The notes beneath the pieces were generated by a model that saw only the letters and a list, made by a program, of their open reading frames with translations, was not told where the DNA came from and ran no database searches. Positions 45,551 through 58,200 of a stretch of DNA of 64,000 bases are shown piece by piece; positions within the stretch are counted from its first letter, which is position 1, and every line of letters begins with the position of its first letter. The position numbers were made by a program, and so were the translations under genes. This DNA is from Amoebophrya sp. A120 (Eukaryota > Protista > Dinoflagellata): contig CAJINV010000003.1 of the NCBI GenBank assembly GCA_905178155.1, positions 10,611,890-10,675,889 on the forward strand, in the 5' to 3' direction.

Positions 45551-48500
45551 TTGGATGCTATGATGTTGTCCTCCGCTTCGCATCGTCCTATTTCATCGCG
45601 AGGCATTTCGTTGTCGTGCACAGCGGTTGCATTGTCATCAACCAGTACCGGCGGCCGGAGCCGTCCTGGTCCTGTCGGCCATGACTACACCAGCATTACC
45701 GCAACGCCGACGGTAATGAACGAGGGCCAGGGTGCGGCGAATGCGGCAGAGCTGTCAAGGAAGTTGAAAATTGCGTCACGAAGCTCGCCAGGAGCGCACA
45801 GAACGAATACTACACTTCGTGCAGGAGAAGTGGATATCGAAATTGGACCTTTTTCCGGCACGACAAGTAGTTCATCTCAGCCCCAAACAGCCTCACCGAA
45901 GGTCGATACGACATCACCAGAGCCGCCAGAGCGTCATTCACAAAAAGAAAAACCGTTAAAAAACACAGATGATCACCTCGTCCTCGGATCCTTCAGCGTC
46001 GGGCGAATCTTGGCCCGTTTGCAGGCCAACCCGTCTCCCCAAGAGGTGGCTGCATACTGCCACTTTTTGGTTACCGACACCTGCAGCAGTGGAAAATGCC
46101 ATCCAGGGCAGCACGCACAAGTAGAACGAAACGGACAAGGAGCCAGAAGCGGAACGCCTCAGACTCCATCCACGTCATCCGTTCATCTTGGACGGTCTGC
46201 GCTCCTGGAGCGAGATCGGCAGGACGGCCGCCCTACGCGAGGGGAACCGACGAAGTCTCCAGCTTCTGCGAAAGAAAAAAGGAAGGTATTTCAACAAGAG
46301 GAGCACGGTCTTGTGCGGGCATTGGGCGATGATAATACTTATAGCTTGCTGGCATTGCCAACATCATCATCATCATCTGGCGCCACTCCTTGCTCTTCTA
46401 ACGCCCCAGTGGCCGCAACTAAGGGCCGCAAGAAAGAGAAACCCACATGCGAGCTACTGATTAAATTACTAGCAGAAACGGAGAAGTGGCCGCTCCTTTA
46501 CTGCGGAAGTGACGTCGCGAAAAGCGGACATGGGAGGACTCCTGAGTTCTTACCTGGAAAAGTATCGCAGCAACTTTGTCCCAGCCCCGGGGTGCGTCTA
46601 AAGGACATTGCAATGGTACTGACCTCTGCACGAAAATATCGCAAAAGCCTGAGCAGGAGTGAAAAGACAGCAGCTTCTGCTTTTCCGGATACCATGACTG
46701 AAACTTCGGCCGGCAGCGCTCTCGCGCCGCCGACTAAGACCCTACAGACAGCGCTACAGATTGCGTGCCCGTCTCTTGAAGAAGTTTGCTGTATGATACT
46801 TTCATCACATGATCGTCGACATCATGTGTGGTCCTCCTCCTCCACTCCGGCGTTATGGACACCTGCAGACGAAGATAGCAAGATGGCGCAGCAGCAGCTT
46901 GTATCCGAGGAAGTACCGATGGTGATGGATCAAAAACATCATCAGCACGCGGTCGTTGGCAACCAAATACAACTGCGGGCCCCCACCTTGTCTCAGCTGC
47001 ACAAACGACACACTTCCATCTCTAATTCTTCCAACGAATTCCTACGTCGCGACCTGGCGCTGGTTTTGGGAGAATTTGCTGAGGTAGCGTACTTTCCGGC
47101 CAAGCTGCTAGTCCTTACGGGCAGACTCGATTTCTATCAAATGCAGACTCGACGAGGAGAAACATCTCCTGAGGAAACAGCGTCAGCGTGTCGCTTTCTT
47201 GCTTGTCGAGGCGCCAATGTGAACAAAGCGCACCGCGCGGCACCACCCGCGCTCCTGAGGGAGACCTCCGCAGAATTCGCAGTATCACGACGGCAAGAAG
47301 ATCTTAGAGATGAGGTGGGTCTGGGTTCGCCATCACGAGAGCTATTCCAACCGGCGCCGACTACTAAAGACTACTACAACAGGGCGAAGGACGAAACAAA
47401 TGCTCCGCCGTTGACTTGGGACCAAGGGCGCGGGCGCAATTTTCGTTTTTCCGGAGGTGCTGTCATCGAGAGCTCGACAGCTCTCAGTGCAGCGTCTTCG
47501 TCTTTATTTGTTGAGCAGATAACGAAGGTAGCTGAAGATGACGACCCCGATCGTGATTTCTTCGCAATCTGTAGGAGAGAGGCAGTAGTACAACTCCGCA
47601 CAGCACGAAACGGAAACGGAGAGCAAGAAGAGCAGCGTGCAGCTACCAAGACTACTTTAGCAGAAGATACCTCAGCAGCAAATAGCTTCCAAGGAACTGG
47701 GTGGAGAGGCGGTCACCCTGCACGGACCGGCGCAGACGAGCCCGGCGAGGAAAAGCGGGACACTGTGTCTTTTAGGGGAGTACAAGAACCCACGATCAAG
47801 GCAGAGGATACTCGAAGTCTGATCCAGCTGCTGAATGCTGTCTGCAAGCTGAAGCGCGTCGTTCTTCTCGAAGGTTCTTGTGCGGGTGGTCGAACAAGTT
47901 GTCTTGGTGGAAGAAGTTTGCCCGGAGTTCTCCAAGGCAAGGAAGCTGTGGGCGCTTTAAAACCTGGTGTCCCGATACAACCAGCAGGGGCTCCGGAGCG
48001 ACGCCGAGATGACGAAATTGCCAGCGCCGTCCTGAAAGAGATTGTGCGCTACGCAGCAACAGAAATATCGGCACGCGTAGAATCCGGCGCAATCGTTTCG
48101 CCTCTGGATCTGTCCACGTGCGCACAGGCGTTGGCCCCACATTGTCGCGGCGCCGGCGGCGCTGGCCGCCCGACTGGTCCAACTAGGAACGGGCAAGATT
48201 TTCACTCGGACAACAAAGTAGCTGCAACGGCGTTTCGAAACCTAGTGAGATCGGCTGGTGGACTGCTCGCCTCTTTTGACGAGAAGCCATTGGCGAATAT
48301 CGCCAACGCCATTGCAAAAGCTGCGCTGCCGAAAGAGACGCACGGGGCGTTCTTCGAACTCTTACACTGTAGCGTCTGTAGCTCGTCCCGATTGCAAGGC
48401 TTCGGCAATCAAGCCATCGTGACGCTCTTCAACGCTTGCAGTCGTCTAGATGTGCGGCATCCACCCCTTCTCACCGCGCTGACGCAACAGGTACCTTGGC

Positions 48501-51500
48501 GCACCTTCAACGAGGCCGAGCTGGCATTGCTAGCCAATGCGGGCAGCAACTTGGGAATCACAGGGCCGCTGCTGGTACGGGCTGTCGCGGAGGGGGTAAG
48601 GAACAGAGCAATCATTAAAAACCTCCGGCACGCCGCATTGCTTGCAAAGGCATTCGGACGAGGCGCGTGGCAGCGCGTCGCAGAATTGGAAGACGTCTTT
48701 GGATCGACGATGGAAGTGCTTGCGAAGTCTATTCTTGCGATTGATCGAAACACAAACGGGAGGAGCCTCTCTGCGCACGGCTCTTGCAGAAAAAGCGCAC
48801 ACTGCTCTCCCGACTCCGACAGCTTTAGGGCAATAAATACAACAGGGACAAGGACGGGGAGCTCGTCTGATCATTCCGCAACTACGACGGAGCCGGGTGC
48901 GGGTGGGCGTCAGACCGGGTCAAACATAACCTTGACGGATTTCGCCGATCTCAGTCTGATCCTGCTTTGCCCGGTTCCTTCCGGAACTAGCGAGGATTTC
49001 TGTGCGTGGTTCAAGTGCGAACTTAGTCGCAAACTGACGGATGACTCGCGCGCCGCGTCTGGTATTCCCGGAGAGAGTCATAGCGATAGCGCGCCGGCGA
49101 GGAGTTGCGGGAATGCGTCCAGTACGTACGCAGAAAAGATCGACCTGAACGTCATTGGAGACTGCCTAGCGGCTTGCGGAGCTGGCACCCCACGCCTTTG
49201 GAAGAGCTTAGTTGATCGTCATTCTAGTACAGTGTTGGCCGCCGATATTTTATCCGAGAAGACGACTGCCTCTGCCACGCGAAACTGCGAAATAAGTCAC
49301 GCGCTGCAGCAAGCTTTGTCGATTAACGCTTCCTGGACAAGAACTTTGATGCGCGTCGCTGGTCGCGGCGAGCCTTTTCAGACTTTTGCAGAGGACGCAG
49401 CACTGCAGTGCTGCCTAGTTGATGTAGCCCGCATGGTAGGAGTCCCGGAAGCAATAGAAGCGTCTGTCGTTACAGGAGATGAAGAGGGCTTCTACGTCAG
49501 AGACGACGCCGAGAAATGCGTCCCGTGCGCCGGAACAACAACAAGCAGACCGCAGGCTGGGGTCAAAGTCATATCAGTACAACCAGTCAGGAACTCGGAC
49601 TCCGCCTCACCTCCATCCTCGACGGCCGACGACTGCAATACGACGTCGCAGCGAGCATCACATTCTGCTCAGCTCCTGCCGGACTCGGCGGCTGAAGTCC
49701 GCGACATTGCCTCTCTCTTGCACAGCACTGGAGCTCTCCTAGCGCGGCAGTTGCGGAGGCCGAGCACGGCCGCATTTTCGCGCTGCGAGTTGGCGCGGCA
49801 AGGACAATACGCTCAGCTCTTTCAGCGGGTCGGTGTACCGACGTATATTCATCCCCTGTTGGCAAACCTCTCTGCTGCATGCCCTGCTGATTTCTGTCTT
49901 GCGTGGGCTGCTTTTCGCGGTCTGTTCGATCACGCCCACAATGCATTACAACGCGCGAGGACGGCCCGCAGCTGCCACAACGGGGAAGATGGTCTGCTTC
50001 GAGCAGGAACAACAGGACGGGAGGCTCCTTCAACATATAATACCTATCAGACAATAGATCGTCCGACCCTCATCTCTGGTGGAAGAGGAAGCTGCACTGG
50101 CACGACCACGGCAGGAAATTATACTTCTTCGGACGAGGATAAGCATGGCGTTGCTAGTGCACAAGCGCAATTTGGTCGCTATTTGGACAAACTGCGGCTG
50201 GAGTTCCGCGCCTTTCTGGTACGGGCCCGTGAAGAGGACAAGTTTTCGCCATCATTTTGGCGTGACGCGAAGCCATCGAATGTGGTGCAACTCGTGCGCG
50301 ATTTTCCAGCCGATGGGGGTGTACTGCCCCGCGGATCGACAATCAGGTCTGACTTGGAAGATCAAATCGCGGCGCTTGCGGACCAAGTTATGAGACTGCA
50401 CAGTGTCGTCGTCGATCCTCTCATGATAATGAAGAAACAAGTATGGTCAACATGTTGTGATGTTTTTCATGGCTCTGACCCGCCAAGAACGTGATGTCCT
50501 TGCGGCGATGGCGTCAAAGGATTGCGCTTGAGGCACAGTCGGGTCCGTTTGCGCAACAAAAAAGAGGGGGGGGGGCGATGTGTGCAACGTGATACAATTC
50601 GAGCTCGACACAGACATTGCCCTTGGGTTGTTGGATGCTTTGACTGCATCGTCGACGTTGCCGTCCACAGCAGAGTGGTACGTAGATGCGCAGCTGGTGG
50701 TAGATCCTCGTTTGCTGGTTAGAGAACATGGTGGCGAAACTGCAGGACAAATGTCGAATGCCAATCCCTTCACGAGAAGTAGAAGCTCGTTTGCGAAAAA
50801 ACTCGAGGCGCTGCAACGAAAGGCGCTCGATTATTTGGGGCGCAACTTCTTTGAGAAAGCACCAGCCTGCGGGGGCGATGAGCAAGATACTAACACTAAG
50901 GCCTCTCTTTTTTCTTATGAATTCAGAAATTGCGGCGCTGGTCCTGGTGCTAAGAGCACGGCTGTGGCAAACAACAACAAAAACCGAAAACCGATAGGCA
51001 GGAGCTGCGAGCAGTCTCGGACCTGCGTTGCCATCGTGAATTCGCTGACCCGCCTCGCTGTCAGGGATGCCATCATAGAGGGAAAGGCTCTGCGCTACTT
51101 TTGGCGACCTACGCAAGAGGTCATCGAATACTTGCGAAGCACGACTGATGATGAGTCAGAATTGCAGGTCGTGGAGACGAGGAAAAAACAGTGGCGAGAT
51201 CATCATCTCCATGTGCACGGGGCGGAGGCTCCGTCTTTCAGTCGTGCTCTAAACGAATGTGACTCGTCACGGCCGCTCTCTATTCTGAGTAAAAGCGTCC
51301 CCACACCAGAGTCAGGCTGCTCTTTGCTACACAAACCAAAGACCTTTGTGTGTTGCGCATGACAGATTTGGCGTCCTCCTAGTGGGTTCGTCGTGTTTCT
51401 GTTTCGTAAGAGTAAGTGCAGCCGGATTACAAATTGATCACTTTCGCTTTGTACTCTTGGTGCTAGCGTGAGGACAAAGTCGAAACAAGCACAAGCACAG

Positions 51501-52671
51501 CTTAGAAAATGCTTCTCATGTTGGGGCTTTGCATGAGAACCCTTTTAGGCTTGCAGATCTGCGTGACAAGCATGGGCAGTTGGGGACGGTTTTACACAGG
51601 ATACTCCCCGCCCTTGCGGTGTTCTCTTCGTCGCGGTCCGTGTGTTCTCCCCATCGACGAACGAGGACTACGACGTGGCCGATTTCCGACACCAGTCTTG
51701 ACCTCTTGGAACTCAGAGCGCACTTTGGGATGCTTGGACTTTTTGCAGATTCCTCTCCTGCGTCGTCCGCTTCTTGCAGCAAAAAAGGCCATGTCCGTTC
51801 ACCTAGTTCTCATCAGGAGGCTATGCGAGGAGCGGGTGGCAGTTGCGGCTCTGCTGATCTTCATGAAGTGGGAGATACTGGACCTTGCCCTTTTGGCACG
51901 CCGTCGACGGCAAACCCAAAGGCCTCCGCGGATACTGTCGCAGGAGATGAAGAAGAGACCACGACTCCAAGACAGTCACAGCCGCGACAAGAACCATTTG
52001 AACTGGAGCTGTCTACCTGCGAAGGAGCGCGCACTTTTGTCGCTGCATTTGCGAGGCGGTATCGGACACCGCGTCAACTGAGTTTGCAGCTGACCGGTCT
52101 TTGCCTCTTCGTCGACGCAACTGGCCAGGAATGGCTGCACCGTGAGCGTAAGGGGTCCCTGTTGGCGTCTTATTTGCGCCACTTTTTCGATCCTGCGGCG
52201 GTTTCCGACTTTGAGCATCGCCAGCTGTACCTGATGGTGGTGGATTTTTTCCAGCAATCTCTTGCTGCTGCCGCGGAGAAGGAGACGAGTGGAGCACCAC
52301 CTGACCCACCTCTACCCACTACATTTGCTCAATCATTTTCTCTTGTCGCTATTGAGCGACTTCTTGAAGCCGCTGCTACAGCAGTGTCACTTGAGCAATG
52401 CAGCCAGAACACACTTCAAGTTCAATTTCCTGGTTCCAGCGTTGCATGCGGAAGGGGCCGCGCCTCGACTTCAACGGAGACTACCAGCATATCACCGACA
52501 GTCTGGTGGAACAAGCGCCCAACCACGCCGCTGCAACGAGATATCCGAGAGGTCGCCATGGCGGCGGTGGCGAACCCTAATTCGGTGCGGATTAGCTTCA
52601 ACGCGCCCGCGCCGCCCTATTCTGTTCATTTACTTTTGACATTCCTCAGCGAGCACATTGCATCGGAGTGA
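45551..52671 (+). CDS. Large HPR/OPR-like helical-repeat (RAP/FASTK-like) RNA-binding protein; exons ~45551-50440, ~50598-51349, ~51501-52671
   Basis: Repeats FDEKPLANIANAIAKA, FGNQAIVTLFNACSRLDVRHPPLLTAL, FNEAELALLANAGSNLG resemble alveolate HPR/OPR repeats; C-terminal PPYSVHLLL resembles the start of a RAP domain. Introns ~50441-50597/50603 and ~51350-51500 restore the frame. Confidence 0.6.
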
Positions 52672-52683
52672 GACCCTGGGTAA

Positions 52684-52761
52684 GGCCGGTGCTTCTGGTA
52701 GTACTCCCCTAAGACGGGCTGTGGCCGGTGCTTCTGGTAGTACTCCCCTAAGACGGGCTGT
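52684..52761. repeat. Perfect tandem duplication, 2 x 39 bp, just 3' of the stop codon
   Basis: GGCCGGTGCTTCTGGTAGTACTCCCCTAAGACGGGCTGT twice. Confidence 0.95.
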
Positions 52762-53211
52762 CTGCGCTTGTCAACTGAATGACCATGAGCTTAAAGACAG
52801 GCGGAGCATTCTTCGGGCACGTGCGCGACCTGCACGCTCCTGGTCTTATTGGAAGACGCGAACAATGTTCATGTCTTTGTTCTAATTTGGTTCACCCCCG
52901 GTCCTCAGAGAAGAAGCAAGAGTAGAAAGAGTCTAAGTACTCAGGCCGTTCCCCAAAACTACAGCTGACGACAGCTGTGGCTTGCAGACTAACAAACTAC
53001 ATTTTTCGTTTTGGGATCAAGATGAACATGAAGACGACGATCAACTACAGATGAAACAGAGCTATAAGCATCCGTGGCTCCCTTTTCGTTCTCATCGAAA
53101 TGCAGGCGGGGCGTGAATGTTTAGTATAAGTATCCCTTCAGTATCCCTTCAAATGTTTTCTCTACTGGCAGCATAAGAAATGAATAAAGCGCATCAGAAG
53201 ACCTTCATCAT

Positions 53212-54450
53212 ATGCGTTGTATCCTTCCCGTGGGGGGCGCAAGGTGCCCACCTGCACGTAGCGCTACCTTTTCGACGCCGACGTCGACCTGCTCTTCGTC
53301 TGCCAATCCGTTTCTATTCCGGCAGCGTTTCGCGGTGCCTTTTGTGAAAAACAAAAAGAAAAATGAGGGAGGAACTGGTAAAAAAGAAAGCGCTCTGTGT
53401 GCTTATGTTGATGATCGTGCTGCAGCCGAAGCCGATCTTGTCGCAACACGAAAACTTCCGAAAGAGCGCACCGCTCCTGCTGCAGCAGCAGCAGCAGGAG
53501 AACGATCACAGATTGACGCTCACGAGCGTGGCCGGGAAACTCCGCGACCGCCAGCACGACCGAAGAGCCGCACCAGATTGCATGTTGAATTCCTTCATAC
53601 ACAGGGAAGCGCGCTCAGTGAGGGTCGCTGGCGGTTCGCCGCGGATCGAGCATTGCGGTTGTTGCCGGAGGCTTCGGCAACCGAAATTGTGGACCTCGTA
53701 ACGGGCTTCGCGGCGCATGGCTATCGCGACCCGCAGTTTCTGTTCCAGGCCTCGCAAGCACTCCGGAACTGCTTGGGTTTCAAGTCGGAGTTTTTAGATG
53801 AATTTGCTGAGGATCAAGAAGAGGTGGACTCCTGCATCATCAGGCAACACCTGGACCTGGAGGAAAAGTTTGATCTGGACGATCACAATAGCACCGAGCA
53901 CTCGTCGTGTAATGTTACGACTACCTCTTCTGTTGCTGTAGCTGTTGTTCCTGATGGCAAATATAGGCCAAGACGAGCTCCTTTTCGAGAAGCCATGCGT
54001 TGTTCGGTGACGCTGCAAGATGTTGAATGTGATCGATTTGATGTTACGACGCAAAACGATGGAGCCACTCCTGCACAGACGTTTTCTAGGCGCAGCTGCA
54101 TACGGAAACATTGTGCTGGAGCAACCGATTTCGGTGGTGGAGCAACCAGCAGGACCTCTTCGGGGCTTTCGATTTCCGACCTGGGCAAGTTTATAAATTC
54201 GCTGCGTGTTCTGAAGATGAAAAATACACTGGCGCTTTCACTGGTGCCAGAGAAGTATCTGCAATCACCTCTCCAAACATCAAATGCTGGGCGACGAAAG
54301 TTTTGCGATCCAACATCTACTTCAGACGATATTCATCAGGAACTCAACATAGTACAGATCCGAGGAATCGACACTGAAACCAGTCCCGAAGCGCGGCTTC
54401 GAGCTGCTGTGCGAAGTTACATGCAGTTTCTCAAGGCAGAGGCAACATAG
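53212..54450 (+). CDS. Intronless HPR/RAP-like protein with possible mitochondrial presequence (412 aa)
   Basis: WRFAADRALRLLPEASATEIVDLVTGFAAHGYRDPQFLFQASQAL and LSISDLGKFINSLRVLKM resemble HPR/FASTK-type helical repeats; R/S/T-rich, acid-free N-terminus. Confidence 0.6.
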   Translation: MRCILPVGGARCPPARSATFSTPTSTCSSSANPFLFRQRFAVPFVKNKKKNEGGTGKKESALCAYVDDRAAAEADLVATRKLPKERTAPAAAAAAGERSQIDAHERGRETPRPPARPKSRTRLHVEFLHTQGSALSEGRWRFAADRALRLLPEASATEIVDLVTGFAAHGYRDPQFLFQASQALRNCLGFKSEFLDEFAEDQEEVDSCIIRQHLDLEEKFDLDDHNSTEHSSCNVTTTSSVAVAVVPDGKYRPRRAPFREAMRCSVTLQDVECDRFDVTTQNDGATPAQTFSRRSCIRKHCAGATDFGGGATSRTSSGLSISDLGKFINSLRVLKMKNTLALSLVPEKYLQSPLQTSNAGRRKFCDPTSTSDDIHQELNIVQIRGIDTETSPEARLRAAVRSYMQFLKAEAT

Positions 54451-55289
54451 TACAGAGCGCAGTAGGAGAGAAAAATGCTGTGCGAGTACGTTGACCATCC
54501 CAAGAACCCGTCGCCCGTGGGTAAAGACTACAACATGTTGTCGCGGAAGTAAGTCGGTCGTGAATTACAAATACAAACACAGGCACAACTTCTGTTCATC
54601 GAGCTTTCTGTTTTGGTTCGTTTTTTGAGCTCCCTCTGTACTTAATAAAGGACCATATTTTCATATTCATTGATACATATGGCACATCCTAGCTACTGAT
54701 GCGCGAAAAAAGACTCATGCTGTAGTGCGCCGGCGTGGACGTGGTCCACTAGGGCGACGATCACGATGGCCATGGCGATCTCATCTGTGATCATAAGTAC
54801 TTACATTCGATCTCTTCCACCTGATAATCTTCGTGCGTATACCTTAAGAACGCTGAGCGAGATTTTCTGCAAAGATAAAGATCATCTTTCAACAACAAAA
54901 ACAACGCATAGGCATAGTGGCCCACTCAGTTCTTATTTCTTCCCCTCCGCTGTCAGTACGTCGACGTCCCTGTTCCTTCCCAGATCGCCACGGCGCCGAT
55001 GGGGTTTAGAGGGGCTTCGGGTTTATAGCGCTCCTAGTTTGATCTTACCTCCGTCCGCGTCGAAGTTTATTTTTTTGTTGCGTTTAAACTAGCAAGCATT
55101 CTATTAATCAATCATTCCTGGAAAAGTGCGGCTGATGTAGAGTTTCTACTGACATGACAAATTTGTTGCGATTCTATTCCCTGGTCGTAAAGATACCTTG
55201 ATGAGGCGAGTGTTGGGCGTTGCAATGTGCCAAGAATAATCATCGTAGTATTTGACACCGCAACCCCCGATCGAACAAGGTGAAGGTCC

Positions 55290-58200
55290 ATGCCGGGCTC
55301 GTGTCGAGCAAAATGTTTGAGTTTTAACAACTTTGAGACAGTCTACAACATGTTATTTGCAAGAAGCTGCGTTCCGGTTTTGTTCTTCTCCAAGGAGAGG
55401 CGATATTTCTTCCTGATGGAAGATTCTCGTTGCCGGGTTCTTCCCTCGCCTGTGGTATTCTTGTGGTGCTTGGCACTGTGTATTGCGTCGTGCGCCAGTG
55501 AAGTAATTGCAATTGCAGCTGCTCCTCCTGCCAGCACGTCGACGACCCCGCTGCAGCGAAGCGAGATCTTGAGCCAAAGTGATCTGCACCGCAACGACGA
55601 GCAGGAGCCATCAGCTATTCGTGAGTATGAATTTGATTACGACGACATCCTTCGCCTTTTGGCAATAGAAAAGTTCCGCACGACCGAATCTTTTCGGTAT
55701 GCCCTGGCGAGTGGGGACGCAAGCGTTCGCTTTCGTGCGGAGTCGATCCCGATGGTGACTGGGTCGCAGCGGGCTTACATCTTGAAGCAGTTCAGAAAGA
55801 AGTTTTCTGCTTTGTCCGGCGACAGGGTTTTACCTTCCGAACAAGCAGAGATAGACCTGCAGGATGTAATAGCCCTAGAGAACGCCGGACGTGAAAATGC
55901 GACGGGAGTAGAAGTTTTGACTGCGCCTTGTCTTCGACGCCGGGACCAACCTCCTCAAGACTTGCTCGGCTCGTTGCGATATTACGCTTTGCTGTAATAC
56001 AATGCAACCCGATTATTATGTCGCCATGCTTGACTTTCCGCTGTCGACCGAGTGTCGGAATGGTACGAGCAAAGAAATAAAGTTGCAGGTACGGCTGCCG
56101 CAAACTAGAAATACTAGATGTAGATACGTAGTATGGGAGCGTCAGGATCGAAATCGACAAAATCGTAAAAAAATTATGGCAGTCCTTGGCGGGGGCCTTC
56201 AGGGCGCCCCCTCCGGGACCCCTTTCGATTCTGACACACTCAAGCATACCGTCGCGACTAGCTCAAAAAGGTCCGAGTGTGTCAGAATCGAAATGCGAAA
56301 TCCCGGCACCCCTCCAGGGAGCCCCTGGATTTTTTTTCGATTTTGCGAATTTCGATCCTGACGCGTCCATACGTAGACAAATTGAGTTACACTCAAAGTC
56401 AGAGTAAAACTAAAATCGCGATCCGTGCTTTTGCTTTTACTTCACGCACTGGCCGCGACGTTCTGTCGCTGGCCTTGCGCGGAATTTCGATTTAGCACCC
56501 ACAAGCACGTCCACGCGTCGTGGGGGTGTTTCTCGTCCAACATGCAGCGCTCCTTCACATAACCATAAGTGAGAGTTTGCGGATAGTACCTGAAACGAGG
56601 CAGAATTCTGTGCGTGCTAAGGTGTGTGTGCTTCACCTCTTTGCGTTTGCCTCACGCAAGGGGAGAGCATGTGTTGCGCCAAAACTAGCACCAACAGGAG
56701 CGCGTGCACGTGCTCAAAGACAATGAATGCATTATATTAAAAGTGTCCTCAGCGGCAACGGCATGACGGAAAAGTCCAGTCCTTCCTGATATTCTGTCGC
56801 GTTCGCGGAGCGATTCATAGCCGGATTTCCTTCGCGGGGAAACCAGAGGCGAGGAGAAAAAACGGATTCCATCACATGCACGATTGACTTCCTAAGGAGG
56901 GGTTTGTTTCCTGGCGTGAAGTTTCTCCGCCGTGTTGTTTCCAGCTTCAGGTATGAGAAGGACCCCAACGCACGGAAAAACCTATTTGCTGGTGCCAAAC
57001 AGCTTGTTGCGGTATGGAAGGCGTGTTTGGCGCTGGAAGCGGCGGTCGGGAAGGGGAATGAAAGAACAGATAGTGGTTGTGAAAGTTCCCTATCTACAAC
57101 TCCGACGAAAAGAAGTAGTCCGCTCCCGGTTGATGTTGAGGTCTCTACCGCTCATGGTGACCCGGTTGTTGAGGAGCAAACGTATCAAAGTCTGGAGGAG
57201 GCTCAGAGCGAGATTGCCGCGGTGCAGGAGCAAATTGAAGAACAAGAGGCTGATGAAACAAGAAATGGCCAGCACGGAGCGGCGAAGCGTGTGCCTTTTC
57301 ATCTTGGAGATGAAACAGAGGATGCAGCGATGGATGATCCGGAGCATTCGATCAAGATTTTGGCCACCAGTCTGGTGGACTACGAATGGCTACACGGTCT
57401 GCATGCAGCTGCACTCCCGTCCGTGAGGCATGAGCAGAGCGGCGCGCCGTCAACAGCGACCACCAGCAACAAATATTACGCTGACGAGGAGCAGCACTCA
57501 TCTTCATTCTCGTCGTCGTCGTGGGCACATGATTTACAAAAGTCCTGCAAGCGAAAGGTTCAAGTCGTGCCTTTTTTGATTGACATCGCCGCCGTTCAGA
57601 TCGAAACTGTTGCCGCTGCGGTAGAGCGAAGCGCGGCGGATCTGGTGCTCTTTCTGAGTCCATTCCTTTCCGAAGCACCGCCAGCTGGAGTGGCTTGCAG
57701 TTTGATCGACGATTACTTGGATGAATTTCAGTCGCGCCAAATAAATGAACATAGAGCTCGTGGACATGATCTACAAGTAGAGCCGGATATTATTGTCCTC
57801 TAAAAAAGTACTTTTGACTATCGTGATCGTACTTCCATTGCTACAGAGAGGACGCATCGCTACCTTTTTACGACCTGGACAAGCAGGAGCTTTGACCAGA
57901 GCCATTCGCTCTTTCTGAAAAAATGTCATGCCATCTGTTTTCTTGTTCTTCCGATATTCTGAGAGCGACGCTTTTAAGTACTTTTGCGAGGCATAAAGAA
58001 GACACTGGAGCAGGAGGAGGTCGCGCGCGGCGACTCGATCGACGTCGACCCGTCTGGCAGCGAGAAGACGAAGCAGGCAGGAGACGAAGCTCCACCTGTT
58101 CGGACGAAGTTGAGAAGTGACAAAAATGTTCCTGCAGTGGTGGCGGGCCTCTGCCGCATGCAAACTCGTCGCAGCACGGCTTCCGGTCGTCCCGGTGTTA

